NCBI GenBank assembly: GCA_964187785.1
Contig: OZ076409.1
Location: 66,838,001-66,902,000 of the forward strand
DNA from: Amphiscolops sp. MND2022
Taxonomy: Eukaryota
Length of the DNA stretch: 64,000 nt
Reading direction: 5' to 3'
The position numbers and the translations under genes are program-made. The notes beneath the pieces were generated by a model, which saw nothing but the letters and a program-made list of their open reading frames with translations, did not search any database and had not been told where the DNA came from. Below, piece by piece: positions 15,043-27,400 of this stretch (position 1 is its first letter; the number at the start of each line of letters is the position of its first letter).

Positions 15043-18000
15043 AATATTTCTGCTTTAGCAGGAATATTATTGTAACCTCAAACTTTCTACTTTTTTTTTC
15101 AGTACAAATTTTTCGGACGATCTGAATAATTCAGATATTTTGTTCGGCAGTGAGTGTAAGCGTGGGAAAGCTGCCGACAACAATTCAATTCTAGTGCGAT
15201 GGAACGAGCGAGTGGTAATTATCCATTCGTATGCTGACGTCATTGAGATGAAGCGAGCGAATGTTCGGAATTGTGCTTTCGTTGCCCCGAGTTATTGAGA
15301 TGAAGCGAATGAGTGTTAATTTTTTGTTCGTTGAGAGCTTCGCCTGCATTCAGATGCGAATGCGAAACTTCGTCTACGCTTAGTAGTTATATTCTCTTTA
15401 GTCCAAGAAGAATTAAAGGCGGTGTAAACTTGTACAGTGATTACATGTAATTGTGCGCTAAATAATGATTGAACAGGAGTTTATTGATATTCCAGATTAT
15501 TATTGAAAATGAAAGATAGAAGGCAGTGTGTTGATATTCCAGATATGACTTTATTATTGAAAATAAAAAAGGAGTGTAGCGAACATTCTACGTCTGATTG
15601 GAAAATTGTTTTGAATAACCGGCTTTTTACCATTGTTAACTTCCATAGGGGATAAGTTCTCTCGGTTTGAAAAATTGTTGATTATTTCCTGCATTTTAGC
15701 TTTTCAAATGTCTTTAACTCTCAAAATGGCTTACTTCAGTATACTTCCGTAGGGGATAAGTTCTTTCGGTTTGAAAAATTGTTGATTATGTCCAACATTT
15801 TAGTTTTTTATTTGTCTTTAACTCTTAAAATGGTTTACTTTAGTGTACTTCTATATGGAATAAGTTCTCTGGGTTTGAAAAATTGTTGATTATTCCCAGC
15901 ATTTTAACTTTTCAAACGTCTACATCTCAAAATGGCTTACTTCAGTATACTTCGATAGGGGATAAGTTCTGTCGGTTTGAAAAATTGTTGATTAGGTCCA
16001 GCATTTAAGTCTTTAACTCTCAAAATGGCTTAGTTCCATATACTTCCATAGGGGATAAGTTCTGCCGGTTTGGAAAATTGTTGATTATGTCAAGCATTTT
16101 GGGTTTTTGTTTGTCTTTAACTCAAAATGGCTTACTTTAGTGTACTTCCATAGGGGATAAGTTCTCTCGGTTTGAAAAATTGTTGACTATTTGCAGCATT
16201 TTAACTTTTCAAATGTCTTCAACTCTCAGAATGGCTTACTTCAGTATACTTCCATAGGGGATAAGTTCTGTCGGTTTGAAAAATTGTTGATTATTTCCTG
16301 CATTTTAGCTTTTCAAATGTTTTTAACTCTCAAAATGGCTTACTTCAGTATACTTCCATAGGGGATAAGTTCTGTCGGTTGGAAAAATTGTTGATTATGT
16401 CAAGCATTTTAGGTTTTCAAATGTCTTTAACTCTCAAAATGGCTTACTTCAGTATACTTCCATAGGAGATAAGTTCTGTCGGTTTGAAAAATTGTTGAAT
16501 ATGCCAAGCATTTTAGGTTTTTATTTGTCTTTAACTCAAAATGGCATACTTTAGTGTACTTCCATAGGGGATAAGTTCTCTCGGTTTGAAAAGTTGTTGA
16601 TTATTTCCTGCATTTTAGCTTTTCAATTGTCTTTAACTCTTAAAATGGCTTTTTTTAGTGTACTTCCATAGGGGATAAGTTCTGTCGGTTTGAAAAATTG
16701 GTGATTATTTCCAGCATTTTATCTTTTCAAATGTTTTTAACTCTCAAAATGGCTTACTTCAGTATACTTCCGTAGGGGATAAGTTCTGTCGGTTGGAAAA
16801 ATTGTTGAATATGTCCAGCATTTTGGTTTTTTATTTTTCTTCAACTCTCAAAATGACTCACTTTAGTGAACGTCCATAGGTGATAAGTTCTGTCGTTTCT
16901 GAAAATTGTTGAATATTTCCAGCATTTTGACTTTTCAATTGTCTTCAACTCTCAAAATGGCTTACTTTAGTATACTTCCATAGGGGATGGGTTCTGTCAG
17001 TTTGAAAAATTGTTGATTATGTTCAGCATTTTGGTTTTTTATTTTTCTTTGACTCAAAATGACTCACTTTGGTGTAATTCCAAAGGTGATAAGTTCTGTC
17101 GTTTCTAAAAATTGTTGAATATTTCCAGCATTTTAAATTTTCAATTGTCTTTAACTCTCAAAATGGCTTACTTTAGTGTACTTCCATAGGGAATAAGTTC
17201 TCTCGGTTTGAAAAATTGTTGATTATGTCAAGCATTTTAGGTTTTCAAATGTCTTTAACTCTCAAAATGGCTTACTTCAGTATACTTCCATAGGGGATAA
17301 GTTCTGTCGGTTTGAAAAATTGTTGAATATGCCAAGCATTTTAGGTTTTTATTTGTCTTTAACTCAAAATGGCATACTTTAGTGTACTTCCATAGGGGAT
17401 AAGTTCTCTCGGTTTGAAAAATTGTTGATTATTTCCTGCATTTTAGCTTTTCAATTGTCTTTAACTCTTAAAATGGCTTTTTTAGTGTACTTCCATAGGG
17501 GATAAGTTCTGTCGGTTTGAAAAATTGGTGATTATTTCCAGCATTTTGGTTTTTTTATTTTTCTTTAACTCTCAAAATGACTCACTTTAGTGTTATTCCA
17601 TAGGGGATAAATTCTCTCGGTTTGAAAAATTGTTGCTTTTTTCTAGCATTTTAAATTTTCAAAAGTCTTCAACTCTCAAAATGGCTTACTTCAGTATACT
17701 TCCATAGGGGATAAGTTCTGTCGGTTTGAAAAATTGTTGATTATGTCAAGCATTTCATGTTTTTATTTGTCTTAACTCAAAATGGCTTACTTTAGTGTAC
17801 TTCCATGGGAGATAGGTTCTCTCTCGGTTTGTAAAATTGTTGATTATCTTCAGCATTTTAACTTTTCAAATGTCTTCTCCTCTCAAACTGGCTTACTTTA
17901 GTGTACTTCCATAGGGGATAAGTTCTCTCGGTTTGAAAAATTGTTGATTATGTCCAGCATTTTAACTTTTCAAATGTCTTTAACTCTCAAAATAGCTTAT

Positions 18001-19480
18001 TTTAAGATACTTCCATGGTGGATAAGTCTGTCGGTTTGAAAAATTGTTGATTTTGTCCAGCAATTTAACTTTTCAAATGTCTTTAACTCTCAAAATGGCT
18101 TACTTCAGTATACTTTCATAGGGGATAAGTTCTGTCGGTTTCAAAAATTGTTGATTAGGTCCAGCATTTTAGTTTTTTGGTTTTAACTCTCAAAATGGCT
18201 TACTTTAGTGTACTTCCATAGGGGATAAGTTCTCTCGGTTTGAAAAATTGAATATTGCCAGCATTTTAACTTTTCAAATCTCTTTAACTCTCAAAATCGC
18301 TTACTTTAGTGTACTTCCATAGGGGATAAGTTCTCTCGGTTTGAAAAATTGTTGATTATGTCAAGCATTTTAGCTTTTCAAATGTCTTTAACTCAGAATG
18401 GCTTACTTCAGTATACTTCCATAGGGGATAAGCTCTGTCGGTTTGAAAAATTGTTGATTATGTCCAGCATTTTGGTTTTTTGTTTTTAACTCTCAAAATG
18501 ACTCACTTTAGTGTACTTCCATAGGTGATAAGTTCTGTCGTTTCTAAAAATTGTTGATTATTTCCAGCTATTCAACTTTTCAATTGTCTTTAACTCTCAA
18601 AATGGCTTACTTTAGTGTACTTCCATAGGGGATAAGTTCTGTCGGTTTGAAAAATAATTGATTATGTCCAGCATTTTAGTTTTTTTTTGTTTTTAACTCA
18701 AAATGGCTGACTTTAGCGTACTTCCATGGGGGATAAGAGCTGAAAAATTGGTGATTATATCCAGCATTTTAGTTTTTTAAACGTCTAACTCTCCAAAGGT
18801 ATTTGTTTCGAGTAATTTTTCAAGGGACGTGCTATGTTCGATTGAAAAAATATCGCTTATTTGCGGCATTTTGGTGAATAGTTTGTCTTTGTCTTATAAA
18901 ATGGTTTTGTTTAGTATTTTTCAGTTTTTATTGATTATTCTTTCGGTTCCTTGTGCAAATTTTGTCTTCCTCTGATTTGCTATTTGGTAATTTCACTACT
19001 CCCATGATGTAGACACAATGTACTGGGTAAGACGGGCCTAACCCAGCCTGCACAGTACGAGTGTCTACTGGGTTCTTAGTAATGGTTGACCTCTCTTGAA
19101 GCAGGTAGACCGTTACAGCTCTACTCTTCAAGAATCGGGTTGAGGTTAACCCTAGACTCCAGTAGACACTCAAAATCTCTTGCACAAGTACTGATTCGAT
19201 GCGATTCCAATCTTCACTTATCTTCCCTCTTCGATTTAAACACCTCTACACTGACTATATGGCGGTATCACATGTAAATTGTACAATTTCTCTACGTGGT
19301 ATGGAATTACTGCAATATTGTTTTAATCAATTGTTCTTGAAATTAACTAGCTTGCTCCGTCATTATTTTTTACTTTTGCTGACTTCTCTTTTGTCTTGGA
19401 AATAGTTTTTCTGGCTATCGTTTTTTTTGCTTCTGGAAGGGTATAAAAGCAGAAATAATCGTGTGCCCCGGAGGGGCCTA
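15043..19480 (+). mobile_element. Non-autonomous Helentron-associated element (HINE/DINE-1-like) with central tandem repeats
   Basis: 5' palindrome AATATTTCTGCT-TT-AGCAGGAATATT (15043-15068). 12-bp subterminal inverted repeat TATTTCTGCTTT (15045-15056) / AAAGCAGAAATA (19446-19457). 3' stem-loop GCCCC-GGA-GGGGC (19465-19477). T-rich insertion site, no TSD, and the host LTR resumes on both sides. Confidence 0.7.
15640..18790. repeat. Satellite-like tandem array, ~104-bp monomer, ~30 copies
   Basis: Recurring CTTCCATAGGGGATAAGTTCT(C/G)TCGGTTTGAAAAATTGTTGATTAT...AACTCTCAAAATGGCTTACTT; first starts at 15640, 15744, 15848 and 15950. Confidence 0.95.
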
Positions 19481-19484
19481 TTTT

Positions 19485-19572
19485 ACAAAAAAGCCGATGC
19501 CAATTTGCCACATGGTTTATCAAACAGAAGTCTTGTCAGCAGAATAGTTTTACTATCATCGAGTCTACAACA
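19485..19572 (+). repeat. 3' LTR of element 1, second half
   Basis: Matches 2520-2624 and ends in CTACAACA followed by CTGTC. Confidence 0.7.
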
Positions 19573-21902
19573 CTGTCTGATAATTGAGAGATTCTGGTGG
19601 AGATTGTTAGTGAGTTTAACTTGAGTATGCACCTTCAAAATTTTCCTATTTTTTCCGATTTTTTGAAATTTCACTTTTGCGACCCACTTGATATTAAAGA
19701 ATTTGACAGTTTGTGAATATTTACTTTGATTCAGCATGCTTTGATTCGTATACTCAACAACCGTCATTCGAGCTGTTCGGAAAACAATTTCTAGTACAAT
19801 GAGTGTTGGATTTGTTAATAGTACCAACACCAACGTCTTTTCACCAACGAAATCGAGCATTTTCGACCACAAAATAGTTAACAAGGCTTCAAAAGTTGTC
19901 TGTCTTATCTTTGCTTTTGAGGCAAAACTTTGCTTATGTTTGGGTTGATCGACTGTTGACGGTATTTGCAGTCCTGGGTAATGTGTCAATGTTAGTTGTC
20001 CACCTCTTTGGAAGGCAAGTTTGTTCATGCTCGTTCAGAGCCCAAGGGGTGACTGGGAACTTATCAGGCTTGCAAACTACAACTATTCTTTGAACGAAAA
20101 GGATTATCTCTCTTGTCGGAATTCCCGCGCCAGAAATCGGTCTTTGTGGGAAAGATAAGTCCTTCTTTCCCGTGTAATTCGTTTCTGTAATCCGGTTGAA
20201 TTGGTGAATTCTACGGTCGTCACGGGAATATACAGATTTGCAAAGCATGTGGATTTTAATAAATATATCATTCATAAGAGCAAATTGGCCCGTCAGTGGC
20301 TTCAAATCCTTAGAATCTCAATCAGGCGAACAATCATGACTTAAACATACGTATTTTGAAATACATTTCGCGTGTTTTGTGTGTATTGTTTTACAATGTG
20401 CAATCATTCGAGCATGACTACATTGGGATAAATTATAATTGGACTTGGCAAAATATATATCAAGGGAATAAACCGTCAGGGAGGAAATTAACGGTACGTT
20501 TGTTGGTAGGTGTCTAAGACCTTTTGTTTGTTGCAACGGTCCCTGCACAATTTTTCAGCGCGCAACCGCTAAAGAAGTTCCTCATGAAATATACATACAC
20601 ATTCATTGGCGGTGTTTTATACTATATTTCCTTCCACGTTGGATCGATTAGTTGAAAAATTTTCAGCAACGCATTCAGCTTTTCTCTCTTTTAATACCAT
20701 GCGAATATTATTGAATTTTGGTGGTCGGACCGCAAGCCGACGTCCATTGGAGCTTGTATGAGTAATTCAGCACTATAAGTATTCAAGTAGAGAAAGATAG
20801 GTCTTCTGTACTACTACATTCAACTATACTTTAGGAATTTTTCTTTTCGACTAACCAACCAACAGAAAGCTGAAGACTAGAATTAACCACATATACTACC
20901 AACCACCTTTGGCGGCTGATTCAAAATTACAAGAGCCGAAAGCATTTAGTTATAAACAAGTATTGAATTTACAGAGGACTTTCTCGGACCGAACCAACTG
21001 ACCGGAAAGCACGTTCTTTAAATTACAAGCTAGAGTATTATGCTCTTTTTGCGTGAAAGTACATATATGAAGTATATGGCACAAGATTTATAAAACTCAG
21101 CGAGTGCAAACCAGTCAAATAATCTGCAAAGTCTTCGAAAATTTGAACGAGCGAAACTAATTACTTGTCTGGTTTGAAGAGCTTTAGCTGCAGTAAATTA
21201 CGTACTGTCAATCTTGTGGGGGCTTCATTTTTACTTGGAGACTCCAGCTAGACTCTTAGCAGCTTTGAACAGTTCTAGAACAAGGTTGGAACTTGGCTTC
21301 TCAAAACGTATAAAAACGTATAAAAAGATTATTAGGTTCAACAGTTTTATGATTTTTCTATTCGGTGATTACTTTATAGTAAAGTAAATTTGCCATCCGT
21401 GTTGTTATTCATATCTTTGCCAAGTGCAATAAAATTTATATATCTTAAACGTCCTCGAAGATTTTTCCTGACCATAAAGGTCTCTTTGGTTATGAAAAGA
21501 AGACGATGTCAAAAATTGCTAAATAAAATTTTCGAAAAAAATTGACTAAAATCCAGCTTGGAATAGGTAGCAACATGTTTGCAGAAGTTGTTTTGGCGAA
21601 GTTCTTGTCAATTCTTCTCGGAATTTTGTAAAATGCGCTCTTGACTTTCAAAATCCGTATAATCAAGGTAACCGCCCTAACTCAATTGCACGAGTCGCTT
21701 TAATCTGCGAAGGTTTTTAAAACTCGGTGAATATTCAAATAGGATTAAGGGACAACAAAGGCTCGCCCCTAAGTAGAAGGATATGGCTCCGAGGAATTAC
21801 TTTAAGCTGGAACAAAAATTGACTTTTCCTGAAATTAAGTAATTTTTCCTATTTTTGTTAGTAATCCAACCCTGTTCGAAGAAGCAGTGTCTTGTTACCC
21901 AA

Positions 21903-22187
21903 ATGGACGAAAGCATTGAAAAACCTCTGGACTCTAGCTCTTCGACCGGAAACCCAGAGAAACCGGGTGAAGGAAAACAGGACACCACAAAAGAGGGAGA
22001 GACAGAGAGTCTTCTAGCTCCCCTGCCCCAAGGTTCGCCCTCTAAACTAGCCCCAAACAACAGAAGTGCGACCCTGCAGTCGAACTATTCCAGCTCCTCG
22101 AAAAGAAAGACTTTCAAGAAGACGGCAATAAATGCAATGCTCATGGATGCTGCTGACTCCGATGACGAAACACCTTTGAAGTATCAG
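21903..22187 (+). CDS. Host gene coding exon 1 (95 aa, low-complexity Ser/Lys/Glu-rich N-terminus) of a putative SLATT-like 2TM membrane protein
   Basis: ATG at 21903 inside ORF 21855-22247, GC-richer than its flanks. Ends CAG|GCAAGA in phase 0, matching the exon 2 acceptor phase. A possible upstream acceptor (TTTTTGTTAG at 21861) suggests an unseen 5' exon. Confidence 0.65.
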
Positions 22188-22544
22188 GCAAGATCATCGT
22201 CAATTATAAGCTTAACAAAAGTTTTTATTCATTTCAGACTAAATTAGGTTCTCAAAATATTCATTGATTGTGTCATGGAGTAAAGACAACTTAATTAAAT
22301 ACTTGTGACGGATTAATAAATTGTGTTTTCTAAAACTTGTAAAAGTCGATTCCTACCTCGTATACTTGGTGAAACACTACAAACGGAAACATGATGAATA
22401 TTCATTTGAAGCGTTAGGACATTCACAAGTTTTTCGAACTTGAAAACTAATCGGGGTAAAAATTGAATTTGACTATCAAATTATTTAAGGATTACTACTA
22501 ATTAACTGATTAATTAAATGCATGATGATCCCTGTGACTCCCAG

Positions 22545-22776
22545 ATCTCCAAATCTGGCAAAAACGCCAAGAGTGAGGAAGCCGATGGCACCCTGAAATA
22601 CATAGAGTTCCTGAGCAGGTTCTGCAAACAGTGCAAGAAGAAGAAGACCATGTATCAGTCTATGGGTCGACTGCTCCGAAGAGTCGACATATTCGCCCTA
22701 TTGGTCCCTATCTTCATATTCGCCTGCATAGTCTCTGTTATCCCTCTTCTCATTGGCTACTCCGAGTTGGCTGGAG
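22545..22776 (+). CDS. Host gene coding exon 2 (basic helix plus first TM helix IFALLVPIFIFACIVSVIPLLIG)
   Basis: Acceptor CTCCCAG|ATC (phase 0), donor GAG|GTAAGA (phase 1), host-like codon usage. Confidence 0.85.
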
Positions 22777-23020
22777 GTAAGATTGGCAAGCATCTTCGAA
22801 TTCAATATTCGGCAGTTTTAACACTGTTCGTCTTTTTGTGGGATTTTCAATACTGACAAAATTGACATTTTTCAACGAATCGATCAATTTCGTTTGCCAA
22901 GAAGGCTTCTTACAAACGACCTAGGGCTTTTAGAAGACTTTTTGGTTCCTTTTTTGCTCTAGAATATTCGTTAGTTTTCTTCATTTACTTCGCAATGAAA
23001 TCACTTAGTGTTGGTTGCAG

Positions 23021-23196
23021 GCAATACGAACTGTGGGGGCAGTAAGCCAATGATAGTAGTTACCACCCTGTTTGGTATCCTCACCCTTAGCTGGTTGGCA
23101 CTGAGAGAGTCTCTGGGACTGTCCAAGATGTCACACGACTACGAGAGAATGGCTCAAAACTATTCACACCTAGCCAATCATATTCGATCAGTTCAG
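23021..23196 (+). CDS. Host gene coding exon 3 (second TM helix MIVVTTLFGILTLSWLAL plus amphipathic helix SKMSHDYERMAQNYSHLANHI)
   Basis: Acceptor TTGGTTGCAG|GC (phase 1, restores Gly codon G|GC), donor CAG|GTCAGG (phase 0). Confidence 0.85.
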
Positions 23197-23317
23197 GTCA
23201 GGCACGCATGAAAAAAGAACAAATTCAGTGTGAAATTTTAAAAAAATCATCATTTTGCTTTCGCGCGCTGAAACTAGATCACTAAATTTGTTCATTTCTG
23301 TTCACAGTGTAAGACAT

Positions 23318-24134
23318 CCCAGTGTAAAAACTCTCAGATTTCTTGCGAAGATCTTGGATTTTCTAAAAAATCCTGCTACCTTTTCAGTTTCTTGATTTTG
23401 GAAAGTTTTACTTACTTCTTTCAAAAAATCTTGAAATTGATGTCTCGCAAATTGTTGAGTTGGGACCTGTTTACAGTAGTTTTGCGCCATGTTATGGGAA
23501 AACCTAATAAAATTACCCTTTTATCAGCAATTTTACGGCCAATTTAAATGGGCAATACTCTGCAATTACCAAACTGCGACTTTTCAATCTTATAAGATCA
23601 ACTTCGGGTCTGAAACTTGTAACTTTTACATCTTCTTTCCATAATAATTGGACCTTCTCTTTAATCCTTTCAGATCATAATTTTGATAAATTCAGATCTG
23701 AATTTGCAATTGTTATAGTATAATTCAATAATTTTCCCACTTCATGTGCGTTTTTTGGATCTTTCACGATCATTTTTGGGTCTGAAACGTAATTTTTAGA
23801 TCGTAATTTCATAAAAACTAGATCTTATTTTCGATCCTTTCAGGTCATCATTTTGCTCAATTCAGATCTGAATTTGCCATCCACATGTTCTCGGAGGCTT
23901 CTTCACTGACGTGGTTACAAGGGATCCTTGAGGCCTCATGCATTTTCTTGCTTAACTTTGGTTTTTCTTGAAACTCTTGATCAGAATCTTGGATTTTTTT
24001 GAATTTCTTGGCACAATCTTGCAAGATCTTGCAAGTGTTTGGATTTCTTGGTAAGAATCTTGGCATGATTCTTACGAAGAAATCCAAGAATATGCAAGAC
24101 TCATATCAAGAGTTCCAAGAGTTTTTACACTGGG
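23318..24134. mobile_element. Non-autonomous TIR DNA transposon (CACTA/EnSpm-like MITE) in intron 3
   Basis: Perfect TIRs CCCAGTGTAAAAACTC / GAGTTTTTACACTGGG, AT on both sides (2-bp TSD), many subterminal CAAGA/TCTTG motifs. Confidence 0.75.
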
Positions 24135-24266
24135 ATGCAATGGTAGCCATTGGTATTGCACTGAACTTTAATGGCGGACATTGGGTGGGATCACATTAAC
24201 TTGTCATCGTTGGCTCATCGGTGTGAAAGCGTCTGACAGAAAATGAAAGAAAATAAGCAAACTCCA

Positions 24267-24468
24267 TGTTATAGACACATAAAAAGAATGGTTGTAAGGA
24301 TGCTCGAGGTAAGAATGTTGTACTTCGATTACAACTAGTATCATCAAACTATAGTAATGTAAAAAGTAGCATCAACTGAATTACTGAATTAAGCATACGT
24401 AGTCTTTTATAGTTCGTGGGCAGGTACTGTACAGTCTAATTAAAGTTGTCTAGATTGTCACCTCTACA
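24267..24468 (-). repeat. 3' LTR of element 2 (202 bp)
   Basis: TGT...ACA termini; direct repeat of 29747-29940 with about ten substitutions and a 9-bp indel. Confidence 0.92.
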
Positions 24469-27400
24469 GTCCCCCCTCTTCGGGATTATGGAAACCGGCC
24501 TTGATCTTCTCCAGTGTTCTTGTTTCCCATCTTTGTTGTGTTCTTGGGGCTACGGGTGAAGTGGATGATCCTCTTCTGATTCATCGGCTTTTGTTCTAAA
24601 TGGTTCAGAGTTTATTATGAATATTTTATTCTGCCCATTTTTTCCACTCTTTTGGCTGTCTTAAGTCTATTTGATCTGCGTATCCCTTTTCCCCCTCTAT
24701 TGTTTCTGTAGCTTCCCCTTTTTCAATACTAAAATCTACTATACCTTTTTTTCCTGACGTGGAGACTTTTTGCAGCGATCCGGTTGGAGTTGTATCCGTG
24801 TTCTTAGCGATACGTCGTTGTACCAACTCTGTACTACAACTAATCGGCGAAGAGATTGCGGGCGTTTGGTTGTCTTGCGGTATCTCCGTCTGTTCCGTTT
24901 CGTTGCCGTTTATGTATTCGATCTCAGCTGTGATGGTATGGTCGGGGTCGATGTCTGCCGTCGTCGGTGTTTTTTCGGTCTGGAAGATTGGCTATCGGAT
25001 ATTATTGTATTATCTGGGATTTCTTCCGTTTGTTTGGCCGGCATTGTCGGGAATGTTTTGCTTGCACTTGTTGACAGCTGCTTTGTTCTCCAAGCTTCCT
25101 ATTTTCGAACATTATTCTTTTGTGGGTGTCACATAATTCTTCGTTGCTGAAGCGACTGCATCTGGTGCATCTTTTAGTTGGCTTTCTTGCCTCTTCCGCT
25201 CTCTTTGATGGCTGAAATTTAAGGTGGTTAGACGCCAATTTTTTGTGAATAGTTTTCCCATCAGTTGTAGTTATGGTGTGTTGGCTTGGTTTCTTTCTCG
25301 AAAAATTGGCAATTTTTAAAATTATCGCTTACCGGTCTACCCCTCTTCCTTGACTCGTTGAAAACCAGAAAATCGGCGAATTCTCCATCAGAGTCCTGTA
25401 TTGTAAAAACCTGCAGCTCTGCGGGTTGTGCTAAAACGTTTTTTGTTAGTGTTTTCTGCCAATCAGCCAAAAGGCAGGCGGGTTGGCCAATCAAGTAAGT
25501 GATAGGCGTACGTGGTTTTCTTCCGTGGTGTAGTTGAAAGGGTGTCACTTTCAGTGTATTGTGTGGTGTCTGTCTTATTGTTTTAATTGACGTTTGGACT
25601 CTCTTCAAAAGTTAATCCGTCTTTTAAAGTGGCTGTAGTTAACGATTAAATCGTGCGTATTGTTCTTTCGACCAATCCGGTTCCCGTGTGTAAATTGGAG
25701 TACACTGTATTCGATTTATATTTTCACCGCTACAGTAATCTTTAAATTCTTGACTTTTGAAACAACTACCGTTGTCGGTGCGAATGGTTCGTGGCGTCCC
25801 GTTATCCGTACAATATTTAGTTAAAAATTTTATTACGGCCCGAGAGTCCGTATTTTCACAAATTTGGGCTGTTGGCCATTTGCCAAAACGGTCGATAGCA
25901 ACTAAAGTGTAAAAATCCCCACGTGATTTTGATTTATTGGACCGGCAAAATCCAATTGAATTTCCTGGCCAGGTTCAGTTAAAATTTCGAGTCTATTTAT
26001 TTCCGTTTGCGGTAATTGTGTTTTCAAGTTCTTACCTGCGGCTCTGCAGCTGGAGCAATTTTCTGCTTTTTCTCTAATTTCGCGTTGTAAGCCGGACTAC
26101 CAGAATGCCTCTGCTGATTGGTTCATTTTGTTGATGGATACGTGTCCTTGGTGAAGCATGGCGATTATTGTCGACCTCATTGCCTCCGGGATAACGAGTT
26201 TCCAAATGATCCCAGTGCGGTCGGTATGGATAGACGATGTTCTCAGAATTTACTGATTCGATGGCTACTATTGCGTCCAAAATTTTTGTGTCTTGTGCCG
26301 TTTCCTCGACTAGTAATGGTAGGTCCATAGCAAAGTCTTTCTCGGCTCTCTTAATCATCGCGGCTGTTTTTTGTTTCGTTCTTCGGGCAATGTATTTTGT
26401 TTGGCAGTTTTTTTAATGTGATGAGGTTGACACTTTCGTGCTTTTTGAACTTCCTCAGAACGTTTGTCGGGAATTTTTCCTTTTTTAGTTGACTAACTTG
26501 ACTTTCACTGTCTGACGATGCAATAATCCATGATTCGTGGATATTTTCGTTGAATTCTCTAAGTAGCGTAGTTCCCAAGCCTCGGCAATAATGGAAGAAT
26601 TGATTATAAACCATGCTGTTGATCCGTTCCATCTCTTTCTGGCCTTTTCGGCAAGGACGATATTCTTGCAAACGTACGTTGTCGCAGCCTCTCCCTACAA
26701 TTCAGGTTTTGTTTTACTGTGGGATTTTGTTTCTTTCAGAGCGAAGTCGGCTTGTTTCTGGAGGATGTCCTCTCTTTTTGAAAATAAATTCGAGATCGAC
26801 TCCGTTCACTTTGTCCATTTTCGATTTTGACGGTGAATGGATTTTGAAATTTTCACTGTTTGCAGGTTTATTGTTGTTTAGCGGTAAGAGTGTTTGAATT
26901 GAATGTTCCTTCTTAGTTTGGTTACACGTTTGTATGCTGTGCAGTGATTGGTCGGATTTTGATACCGATGACGGTCGGTTGATGCGTTTTGTAATACTTC
27001 CGTTCGTGCGATTGAACTCAAATAAGCCGTTTATCTGATTGATTCTTCGACCTCTTTTTCATCGTGTGCGTAGTATCTTTCCGTTCCTATATCGTGGGCA
27101 ATCGGATGGCGGCTTAAATAATCCGTCAGAGCAATTTTCTTGCCGGCAGTATACTGTACGCTAACGTCGAAAGGGGCTCAATCGATCTAGCCACCGTGTG
27201 AGTCTCGCACTGTATTGCTTGTGGGCCCTATTACGCTTTAGTAACGGTTGTAATGCTTGCTGGTTGGTTAGGAGATTTACCTTTTCCTCATATACGTAAA
27301 ACCTGAAACTTTCGAGGCCCCATAACTCCATAAAGCGCTCAACAAATCTAGCTCATTTATGGCATAATTCCTTTCGCAATCGGTGGGGAATCTGCTAGCT

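Larger units (their letters stand above)
2403..19572 (+). mobile_element. Decayed Ty3/Gypsy (Mag-like) LTR retrotransposon, element 1, enlarged by internal tandem amplification and a nested insertion
   Basis: 5' LTR 2403-2624 (TGTGAGGG...CTACAACA) is followed by PBS-like TGGCGATGCGAG. Broken gag with Cys/His knuckles (~3361-3460, KCRSCGLIGHVARTCK), protease remnant ~3650, RT remnant ~4000-4750, RNase H (LRILCDASKKG) and integrase (LRTDP, IERLIKTINQRL) remnants. PPT GGGGGA 14921-14926. The 3' LTR first half (14927-~15042) and second half (~19485-19572) match the two halves of the 5' LTR. Flanks TTGTC / CTGTC give a 4/5 TSD. Confidence 0.8.

Noticed and set aside
15640..18790. CRISPR array
   Set aside because: Whole monomers repeat with no unique spacers, there are no cas genes, and the context is eukaryotic; it is a satellite.
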